DNA of 64,000 bases from Candidatus Sysuiplasmataceae archaeon (lineage in GTDB: Archaea; Thermoplasmatota; Thermoplasmata; Sysuiplasmatales; Sysuiplasmataceae). Below the pieces are notes generated by a model that was given only the letters and a program-made list of their open reading frames with translations, searched no databases and was not told the DNA's origin. The DNA is taken from the NCBI GenBank assembly GCA_046706185.1, contig JBJKPR010000056.1, positions 11,094 to 75,093 of the forward strand. The letters run 5' to 3'. The translations under genes and the position numbers were made by a program. The first letter of the stretch is position 1. Every line of letters starts with the position of its first letter. Positions 56,995 through 64,000 of this stretch are shown here, in pieces.

Positions 56995-57841
56995 TGCTGC
57001 TCACCCCCGTGGGCTCAGTTATGACAGCCCTCCCGTATCTGGCCAGAAGGGACGCAATCCTTTCAGTGTCGGCCGAACGTGTCAGTGCAAAGAATGCTGG
57101 TCCGGTCCCTGTGAGACCTGCGACTGCTGCGCCCGCCCCGTACGCGGCTGTGGCAGGCGCGGGGTCTATGTCCAGCAGGCTGCATAACAGCATTGTGTTC
57201 GCCATCGACGCCTCCCTGAACCTTCCTTTCAGGGCCGTCCTGTAAATTGACTTCATTTCCGGGGCGTGCTTCGAGATTTCGCCCACTGGAAGTGAGCCCT
57301 TTGTAATCCTGCGTTCCGGTATGCAGAAAACAACGCTGTAGCCATGCCTGATGCTCATCCGCCTGAGGACGCGCATTCCCCTGTTGCTTGCGAACACAAT
57401 GCCGCCGTAGTGGCACGCGGCAGCATCGTCGTATGCACCTGTGACAGAGACGCCCGCGCGGATGGACGCCTCGGCAGACATGCGAAGCAGCATGCTGTCT
57501 GTGAACCTCCTTCCGGACACCCTGAGAGCGGCTCCCATCAGAGCCAGTGACACGCTGCTGCTGCTTTTCATTCCCCTGGAGGGAGGAATCTCAGACTTGA
57601 CTTCGACATCAAGCGGACCGCTGAGGAGCCCCCTTCTTCTCGCGTAGTTAATGCACTCCCTGACAAGCCTGTCATCCACCTGCTCCGGTCCGGAGACACT
57701 TATTTCAGTGCCTCTTCCGCCCACTCTCCTCAGCCTGGCGGTTGTCTTGAGAGAGACACCGAGAGCGACACCGAAGTAGCTTCCTATAGCGCTCACCACA
57801 GTTGCTGCACCGTGCTCTGTGAACTCGAACTCGTCAGGCAT
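56978..57841 (-). CDS. aroK: Shikimate kinase, archaeal GHMP-kinase type
   Basis: GHMP ATP-binding loop IPPSRGMKSSSSVSLALMGAA. About 288 aa from Met 57841; the ORF track extends to 58069. Confidence 0.8.
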   Translation of the reverse strand: MPDEFEFTEHGAATVVSAIGSYFGVALGVSLKTTARLRRVGGRGTEISVSGPEQVDDRLVRECINYARRRGLLSGPLDVEVKSEIPPSRGMKSSSSVSLALMGAALRVSGRRFTDSMLLRMSAEASIRAGVSVTGAYDDAAACHYGGIVFASNRGMRVLRRMSIRHGYSVVFCIPERRITKGSLPVGEISKHAPEMKSIYRTALKGRFREASMANTMLLCSLLDIDPAPATAAYGAGAAVAGLTGTGPAFFALTRSADTERIASLLARYGRAVITEPTGVSSSGFAF

Positions 57842-59252
57842 TGGAAGCACTGCCCCCAAGTAACCCCATGACCCGATCGGCCATGACCTTGTGTCCTGTC
57901 CAGAGCCTGAAAGAGTGCACCGCCTGTCTCGCAAGAAGTTCATGGCCACCCACGAACATGGATGACTGACTGGCTGCAAGCTGCATGAACGGGGTCCGGT
58001 GACCGGAATAAACAAAGTCGACAATCGCCCCGAATTCGCATTCGAGCAGGTAGTCAGGCAGCTTCTCATCGGCCGAAGCCATGCCCAGCGGAGTGCAGTT
58101 CACGAGAAGGTCGAACGATCCGCGTTTGCCGTCGAATTCCTGAAGGCCGAATTCAGCCGCCAGGCTCTTCCTGCTTTGTGCATTCCTGGCAGCGATGCTG
58201 GTCGATGTATTGCGCAGAGCATAGGCGGCAGCCCTTGCTGCCCCTCCGCTTCCGAATATAAGGGCACTCTCGTGCCTGAGACCGGAGAGAACTTCGGAGA
58301 AGGCGGTCACGTCCGTATCGTAGCCCGTGAACCTGCCCTCCCTGCATACAACAGTATTGACGGCACCTGCAGCTGAGGCAGTTGCGTCAGACCCGTCCAC
58401 GAGCTGAAGCGCTTCTTCCTTGAAAGGCATTGTGACGTTGAAACCGTCGATTTCAGCATATCTCGCTGCGTCGAAGAAATCGCGGAGCTCCTCCCTGTCT
58501 ACAGGGTACCTGAGGTACAGGCCAGTAGTTCCGCTCTCCTCAAGGAGGGTGCTGTGTATCAATGGCGAGAGGCTGTGATCGGTCGCTTCCTTCGAGCCGA
58601 CTATGCCCAGTACTGCGCCGTTTCTGGCAGAGAGCATCTCTCCAACGGTGAGCTGCCCGGCGGCTGTTCCATCACCTGTCGCGGGACGCGCGTATGAGAC
58701 GGGCGACCCTTTCCGCAGAGAGGCTATCCTGGATAGTGTTCCCTTCTCTCCTGTCGAAAACGCAATTGCCTGCCTTTGACCCTGCGGGAGCCCGTCCGCA
58801 GCTTTGCACGGAAGCACAGATCTTGCATACCCTCCGCCGGTGTTGATGCACTTCACCACCGAGGCGGCAGACATGCCTGAAAGCATCAGGTCAACCGCCT
58901 CCTCCCTGGAATGAAGTTCTCCGTGGAAAGAAAGTATGAGCCTGTCCTTCAGCTCCTGGGGCAGATCGGGCCAGCCTGAGTCCGTCCTCTCAAGGTCGAC
59001 AAAGTCGAATAAACCGGCGATCCTCCTCATCCCCTCTCCGGCCAGCAGCTCAAGAGATTTGCCCTTGAATGTTGCTATGGTCTTTGCCTGGATTGAAGAG
59101 AGGAGGATAAGGTCATCGAAAGTAGGCGTCGTGAGACTGTCGATCCTGAACTCCACACCCTCGGCTCCGCGAGCGAGTGAAGCGAGGGCCGTTGAGATCA
59201 TTTCTGGTATACTGCCTGATGAGATTGATGCGCATATCAACTGGAACTTCAC
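57834..59252 (-). CDS. aroDE: Fused 3-dehydroquinate dehydratase (type I) / shikimate dehydrogenase
   Basis: N-terminal AroD-like (EGVEFRIDSL...ILSFHGELHS). C-terminal AroE (GAVLGIVGSKEATDHSLSPLIHS, GFNVTMPFKE, GYDTD, GSGGAARAAAYAL). Confidence 0.8.
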   Translation of the reverse strand: MKFQLICASISSGSIPEMISTALASLARGAEGVEFRIDSLTTPTFDDLILLSSIQAKTIATFKGKSLELLAGEGMRRIAGLFDFVDLERTDSGWPDLPQELKDRLILSFHGELHSREEAVDLMLSGMSAASVVKCINTGGGYARSVLPCKAADGLPQGQRQAIAFSTGEKGTLSRIASLRKGSPVSYARPATGDGTAAGQLTVGEMLSARNGAVLGIVGSKEATDHSLSPLIHSTLLEESGTTGLYLRYPVDREELRDFFDAARYAEIDGFNVTMPFKEEALQLVDGSDATASAAGAVNTVVCREGRFTGYDTDVTAFSEVLSGLRHESALIFGSGGAARAAAYALRNTSTSIAARNAQSRKSLAAEFGLQEFDGKRGSFDLLVNCTPLGMASADEKLPDYLLECEFGAIVDFVYSGHRTPFMQLAASQSSMFVGGHELLARQAVHSFRLWTGHKVMADRVMGLLGGSASNA

Positions 59253-60277
59253 CTTTCTTGTATTGTCTCGTCTACCTTCATTCCGAAGTGCCTGCCCCCG
59301 TCGCTGACATGCACGAGTACCTTGTCGCCCTTCTTGAGTGATGTCACGGGAAGGGCACCTGTGCCGGAGCAGAGGTTGACTGTTTCCGCATTCTGGAGAA
59401 TAATGCTGCAGTCTTTCCCTCCCGCACGTGCCTGCACAAGCAGCAGTGGCCTTCTTTCTATCTTTACCCTCCCCACAGTGACGAGCCTCACTGTTCCGTC
59501 ATTCCTGACGGCGAGCACCTCGCTTCCTGCCGAGAGTTCTGAAAGGTATCCTGTCCTCCCCTCCGGGAGGGCTATATAGGAATGGACCGGGCCGGCGTTG
59601 ACCCTGAAGGGCCGTGAGTTCACATACCTTGTCTCGAGCGTCTCCGAGTGAACCAGGAACGAGGCCGAGGACTGGGAACCTACAAGCATCCCTTCTCCGA
59701 CTTCCAGAAGGGAGCATGTGTCCACACATACACGATCGCCCATGCCCGCCGGAGTAACGGACATGATTTCAGCCTCCTGAAGTGCAAATGCGTGTACGGC
59801 CCCAGCTGTAAGCGAGGAGAATTCACCCAGTGCAGAAGGAGAGGACGGTGATATGAGCAGGCCGTTGACACCTTTTTCCAGCGTCTGCATGAAGAGGCGA
59901 GCTTCGGATACCGTGCGGACCTCGGCTATCAGTTTCACGTTTCTTGAACCGCACTGGGCTATCAGGTTCTCAAGGGGTATTACCTTCCAATCGCTGGTCT
60001 CCACCACGAGATACTCGCAGTCAAGCTCTTCATCGGCCGGCATGTCATCCGCGCTCCTGATTGCGATGAACCTGCCGGATCTCCGGCCGTCAACAACCAC
60101 GCTGCCGTCTTCGATCAGTATCGGTATGAAGTTGGCAGCAGAGGTCATGCCCGCGTCTTCACTCCTTACAACGATCTCGGAGAAGCCCCTTTGAATGGAT
60201 TCCAGAATAGTGTGCTGCCTTGCGGCAGCATCCCCTATGTTGTCAGTCCTGACCCAGAGTATGAGACCGGCAGTCAA
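59249..60277 (-). CDS. aroB': 3-dehydroquinate synthase II (archaeal, uses ADH)
   Basis: Family-typical 342-aa protein located between aroA' and aroD/E. Resembles the MJ1249-type DHQ synthase II family. Confidence 0.7.
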   Translation of the reverse strand: MTAGLILWVRTDNIGDAAARQHTILESIQRGFSEIVVRSEDAGMTSAANFIPILIEDGSVVVDGRRSGRFIAIRSADDMPADEELDCEYLVVETSDWKVIPLENLIAQCGSRNVKLIAEVRTVSEARLFMQTLEKGVNGLLISPSSPSALGEFSSLTAGAVHAFALQEAEIMSVTPAGMGDRVCVDTCSLLEVGEGMLVGSQSSASFLVHSETLETRYVNSRPFRVNAGPVHSYIALPEGRTGYLSELSAGSEVLAVRNDGTVRLVTVGRVKIERRPLLLVQARAGGKDCSIILQNAETVNLCSGTGALPVTSLKKGDKVLVHVSDGGRHFGMKVDETIQER

Positions 60278-61098
60278 CTGTGCACCAACATTTTCATTGC
60301 TTCATCCTGCGTCGTTTCCTGGAATAGCATCGAGCTCACCGCAGCGGTAATTTTCCTGGGTTCCTTGTGCTGCCATATGTTCCTCCCTATCGAGACGCCC
60401 TTGGCCCCCGCCTTCATCGAACCGGCAACCATTGCGAGCACTTCCCGATCCGAATCAATCTTGGGACCGCCAGCGATCAGTATCGGGGCAGGACAGCCCC
60501 TGACAACTTCCCTGAACGTCTCTTCGTCGCCTGTGTAGTTCACCTTCACGACGTCGGCTCCCATCTCTGCGCCAACTCTTGCGACATGCTTTATCAGGTC
60601 AACGTCGTAGGGGTCGCCTATGTCCTTGCCGCGGGCATACATCATTGCCAAAAGCGGCATTCCCCAGTTCCTGCAGTCGGCAACTATCGAACCCATGTCC
60701 TGAAGCATCTTCTCATCGTCGTCCGAGCCAACGTTGACATGTATGGAGACGCCGTCCGCTCCGAGCTGTATTGCCTCCTCCACGTCCGTGACTATCACCT
60801 TACTGTTCGGCCTTGGAGAGAGGCTTGTGCTTGCCGAAAGGTGAACGATGAGCCCGACATCCCTTCCGTATCCCCGGTGGCCGTGCTCGACCAAACCTTT
60901 ATGTATGACAATCGCAGTCGCGCCACCAAGTGACACGCTATTAATTGTCTCCTGAATGTCGACGATGCCTGGAATAGGCCCGTCGGAAATTCCGTGGTCC
61001 ATGGGGACGACAAGTGCGTTTCCTGTATTCCTTTCAAAAATCCTTTCGAGTCTGATATCTTTTCCGATCATGGTAAATCTTGTCAGGTTTCTAGCCAC
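60274..61098 (-). CDS. aroA': 2-amino-3,7-dideoxy-D-threo-hept-6-ulosonate (ADH) synthase, class I aldolase (DhnA-type)
   Basis: FERNTGNALVVPMDHGISDGP and the Schiff-base Lys region LVAGAKGVSIGRNIWQ are typical of the DhnA/MJ0400-type aldolase family. Confidence 0.7.
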   Translation of the reverse strand: MARNLTRFTMIGKDIRLERIFERNTGNALVVPMDHGISDGPIPGIVDIQETINSVSLGGATAIVIHKGLVEHGHRGYGRDVGLIVHLSASTSLSPRPNSKVIVTDVEEAIQLGADGVSIHVNVGSDDDEKMLQDMGSIVADCRNWGMPLLAMMYARGKDIGDPYDVDLIKHVARVGAEMGADVVKVNYTGDEETFREVVRGCPAPILIAGGPKIDSDREVLAMVAGSMKAGAKGVSIGRNIWQHKEPRKITAAVSSMLFQETTQDEAMKMLVHS

Positions 61099-61143
61099 AC
61101 AACATATTTATACATTATTGTACAGATATATGCGCTGAAGTAC

Positions 61144-61644
61144 ATGTGGGAAGATATCGCACGCGAATTCGGCATTTACCCGGGCCAGTCCAAGGTCGCC
61201 CGGATGATGATCAAGTTAGGTCTGCGGGTCAGGGATGCGAAGATATTTTGCGGCAACGTAAGGCTGAGTGATGTGGCGCTGGCCAGGTCGGTTGGTGTTG
61301 ACCGGCGGGTAGTAAGAGCGACAGCCGAAACAATAAGCAGAGACCCTGAGCTGATGAGGTTCTTCGGGAACCTCCAGCCAGTGGCAAACCTGAGTCAGGT
61401 GGCCCATGATATGAAGTGGGGAACGGTGGAGATCAGTGTAGACAACGCGGACCAGCCAGGCATACTTGCAGACGTTTCCAGGATCATAGCGGATGCGGGT
61501 ATCAGCATCAGGCAGGCCATCGTTGAGGATCCGGAGCTCAACGAAGACCCGAAGCTTTATGTCGTGACAGGTTCGGAAGTGCCTGCAGAACTGATACCGC
61601 TGCTCAGGAATGCGAAGGGAGTGAGGGAACTCACTTTGAGGTGA
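61144..61644 (+). CDS. ACT-domain regulatory protein (amino-acid-binding), divergent from the aro operon
   Basis: C-terminal ACT-like VEISVDNADQPGILADVSRIIADAGISIRQAIV. Start set to ATG 61144. Confidence 0.5.
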   Translation: MWEDIAREFGIYPGQSKVARMMIKLGLRVRDAKIFCGNVRLSDVALARSVGVDRRVVRATAETISRDPELMRFFGNLQPVANLSQVAHDMKWGTVEISVDNADQPGILADVSRIIADAGISIRQAIVEDPELNEDPKLYVVTGSEVPAELIPLLRNAKGVRELTLR

Positions 61645-61658
61645 TGCGCGGGCAGCTC

Positions 61659-64000
61659 TCAGATCCTGACCAGACCGGGTCTTCCCGATATTCCGAATTC
61701 GATTGCCTCGGCCATGAGCCTGGCTCCCCTTATTGTTGTGACAAGCGGTATGCCTGTTTCGACGGCAACACGCCTCATCATCGAGCCGTCACGGACGCTG
61801 CCGGAGGCTATTCGGGGTGTGTTTATTACGAGGGACACTTTCCCTGACCTCATTAGTCCGATCGCGTCCGGTTTCAGCTTCTCTGCCAGCTTGTACGCCC
61901 TTTCGGCACCTATGCCGTGGTTCTCCAGGAATTCCTGTGTACCTCTTGTTGCATATATCCCGAAGCCGAGCGACCTGAGCTTCTCCGCTATCGGAAGCAG
62001 CTGCTCCTTGTCCGTGTCCCTGACTGTCAGGTAAACTGAACCGGCCGTGGGCAGCCTGTACCCTGCGGCGGTGAACCCTTTCCATGCCGCCTCTGCATAG
62101 CTGCGCCCTATGCCCATCACCTCGCCTGTGCTCTTCATTTCCGGCCCCAGCACGCTGTCGACTCCCCTGAGTTTGAGGAATGGAAAAACCGAGACCTTCA
62201 CCGCTATCCTTTCCCCGATCCTGCTTCTCAGGTCAAATTCATCTAGTGAATGGCCCAGGATCGCCTTCGTCGCAATCTTGGAGAGGGGTATGCCCGTTGA
62301 CTTCGATACGAAGGGCACTGTCCTGCTCCCCCTCGGGTTCGCCTCCAGAACATAAACCTTCCCGTCTTTCACCGCGAACTGGTAGTTGGCCAGCCCCTTG
62401 ACGTGAAGGGAAGCGGTCAGCAGGTTTGCCTGCCTTTCGATCTCCGCCACTTCATCCGAAGTCAGTGTCTGCGGAGGCATTACCATCGTTGCATCGCCGG
62501 AGTGTACGCCTGCGGCCTCAACATGCTCAAGTATGCCGCCTATGAATGCCTTCGTGCCGTCGGAGACAACGTCGACGTCTACCTCCACAGCATTGGAGAG
62601 GTAACGCTCTATGAGCAGTCCGTTGCTACTCGATAATCCGGTGTCGGAGAGATAAGACTTCATCTGATCCTCGTCAAAGACTATCTCCATCCCCCTGCCC
62701 CCTATGATGTGCGAAGGTCTCAGTATCAGAGGGTAGGAAAGCCTGCTTGCGGATGCAAGCGCCTCACCCACGGAGAACGCCTCCAGCGATGCTGGCTGCT
62801 CCAGTCCCAGCCCCCTGACGAAGTCTGAAAACTGCTTCCTGTTTCCTGCAAGGAGGAGAGAGGAAGGCGGTGTTCCGAGGACGGTGACAAGCGGTTCGCC
62901 GTTCAGTTCCATTGCTGCATTGAGCGCGGTCTGGCCCCCGAACTGGGTCATTATCCCCAGCGGCTTCTCACGCCTGACAACATCCATTATGTCGTTGCGT
63001 GTCAAAGGTTCAAAATACAGCCTAGAGCTCAGGTCGAAGTCAGTGGATACAGTTTCCGGGTTGTTGTTGATGATCACTGCATCGTACCCTTCCTCTCTCG
63101 AGGTTATTGCCGCATGGACACAGCAGTAGTCGAACTCAATTCCCTGGCCAATGCGAATCGGGCCGCCGCCGATTATCAGTATTCCTTTCCTGCCGGACTC
63201 CCTTACCTCATCGGCTCCCCTGGTTGTTCCGTAATAGTAGGGAGTCTGTGCCTCGAACTCCGCAGCGCACGTATCCACCATCCTGAAGACCCTGCCTCCC
63301 GAGTAGTGGGTGCCCGCGAGCTGCGACAGGTAATCGGGGCTGAACCCGAGACGAAGCGCCTCTTCCACAGCCCCCTCCTCCCCCGCTTTCACTGCGGCAG
63401 CAGTGTCCACCATTAGCTTCATCTTGTTGAGGAAGAAGGCGTTCCAGCCGCATTCCCTCCTGATCCTTCCCACCGGAAAGGAGCGGCGGAGCGCCTCGAT
63501 TATCGCATATATGCGCCTGTCTGACGGTCTTCTCAGCTCCTCAACTATCTGCCTGTCCGGCCAGGAGCCGACATCACCGGTATCGAGGTCCATGAGCCCC
63601 ACCTCAAGTGACCTGAGTGCCTTCAGCATGGCCTCCTCGAACGACCTTCCGATTGCCATTGTCTCACCGGTGCTCTTCATCTGCGTCCCGATATTCCTGT
63701 CCGCAAACCTGAACTTGTCAAACGGCCATCTGGGTATCTTGACAACGACGTAGTCAAGCGCAGGTTCGAATGCGGCCATAGTTTTCTTTGTGATCGCATT
63801 CTCTATCTCGTCAAGTCGCAGGCCAAGCGCTATCTTCGCGGCAACACGAGCTATCGGGTAGCCCGTGGCTTTCGATGCAAGCGCCGAGCTCCTTGAAACG
63901 CGCGGGTTTACCTCCACCACCCTGAAATCGCGCGTGCGAGGGTGGACGGCAAACTGAACATTGCAGGCACCTTCAATTCCCAGGATCTCTACGATCCTCA
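61659..64000 (-). CDS. carB: Carbamoyl-phosphate synthase large subunit, C-terminal portion (continues beyond window end)
   Basis: Second ATP-grasp domain, oligomerisation domain and C-terminal MGS-like domain (GFGIYATRGTQEFL...). The reading frame is open to position 64000. Confidence 0.9.
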   Translation of the reverse strand, partial: RIVEILGIEGACNVQFAVHPRTRDFRVVEVNPRVSRSSALASKATGYPIARVAAKIALGLRLDEIENAITKKTMAAFEPALDYVVVKIPRWPFDKFRFADRNIGTQMKSTGETMAIGRSFEEAMLKALRSLEVGLMDLDTGDVGSWPDRQIVEELRRPSDRRIYAIIEALRRSFPVGRIRRECGWNAFFLNKMKLMVDTAAAVKAGEEGAVEEALRLGFSPDYLSQLAGTHYSGGRVFRMVDTCAAEFEAQTPYYYGTTRGADEVRESGRKGILIIGGGPIRIGQGIEFDYCCVHAAITSREEGYDAVIINNNPETVSTDFDLSSRLYFEPLTRNDIMDVVRREKPLGIMTQFGGQTALNAAMELNGEPLVTVLGTPPSSLLLAGNRKQFSDFVRGLGLEQPASLEAFSVGEALASASRLSYPLILRPSHIIGGRGMEIVFDEDQMKSYLSDTGLSSSNGLLIERYLSNAVEVDVDVVSDGTKAFIGGILEHVEAAGVHSGDATMVMPPQTLTSDEVAEIERQANLLTASLHVKGLANYQFAVKDGKVYVLEANPRGSRTVPFVSKSTGIPLSKIATKAILGHSLDEFDLRSRIGERIAVKVSVFPFLKLRGVDSVLGPEMKSTGEVMGIGRSYAEAAWKGFTAAGYRLPTAGSVYLTVRDTDKEQLLPIAEKLRSLGFGIYATRGTQEFLENHGIGAERAYKLAEKLKPDAIGLMRSGKVSLVINTPRIASGSVRDGSMMRRVAVETGIPLVTTIRGARLMAEAIEFGISGRPGLVRI

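Noticed and set aside
1354-63753. Numerous long antisense or nested ORFs inside well-supported genes (e.g. 8732-9004 region, 13075-13746, 23705-23974, 33264-33914, 45269-45694, 50870-51520)
   Set aside because: They lie inside, and opposite to, genes with strong family signatures. High GC inflates random ORF length. None carries a recognisable motif.
1-64000. CRISPR arrays, tRNA/rRNA genes, integrases/transposases
   Set aside because: I found no regularly spaced direct repeats. No tRNA acceptor/T-arm signatures (GTTCGAATC or its complement) occur outside coding sequence. No transposase- or integrase-like ORF is present.

Overview
The window is a densely coded, roughly 55-58% GC segment that reads as archaeal chromosome. 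The evidence is a complete archaeal-type shikimate pathway (ADH synthase aroA', DHQ synthase II aroB', GHMP-type shikimate kinase), a TrmB-family regulator, KaiC-like ATPases, a MoaD/SAMP-type GG protein, a sulfocyanin-like cupredoxin and a PGF-CTERM-like surface protein. It most resembles a Thermoplasmatota-like euryarchaeon, but I cannot name the organism from sequence alone.

Gene content, left to right:
- An alpha/beta hydrolase, two GNAT acetyltransferases, a flavodoxin and a membrane-anchored blue-copper protein.
- Two tandem ABC-2 exporter pairs.
- DUF72, then a TrmB-like regulator convergent with an 8.3 kb sugar-uptake operon (solute-binding protein, two permeases, MalK-like ATPase, two tandem GDE_C-type glycoside hydrolases).
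- A 1.3 kb region with no convincing ORF.
- A hotdog thioesterase, a 445-aa protein with no recognisable domain, a thioredoxin/DUF255 protein, and a fusion of a GNAT to an ADP-forming acyl-CoA synthetase.
- A threonine-synthase-like gene immediately followed by a MoaD-like GG sulfur-carrier gene, divergent from an HTH-CBS regulator, with identical 14-bp sites at both promoters.
- gdhA and htpX.
- A three-gene KaiC-like cassette: one canonical ATPase, one lacking a P-loop, one with a degenerate P-loop.
- A UspA / MacB-like ABC ATPase / 979-aa FtsX permease / RDD operon.
- A roughly 16 kb, 16-gene minus-strand aromatic amino-acid supraoperon, aroA'-aroB'-aroD/E(fused)-aroK-aroA-aroC-CM/PDH-asd-lysC-trpEGDCFBA, joined by 4-20 bp start/stop overlaps.
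- The 3' part of carB, running off the window end.

No CRISPR array, tRNA, rRNA or mobile element was found.
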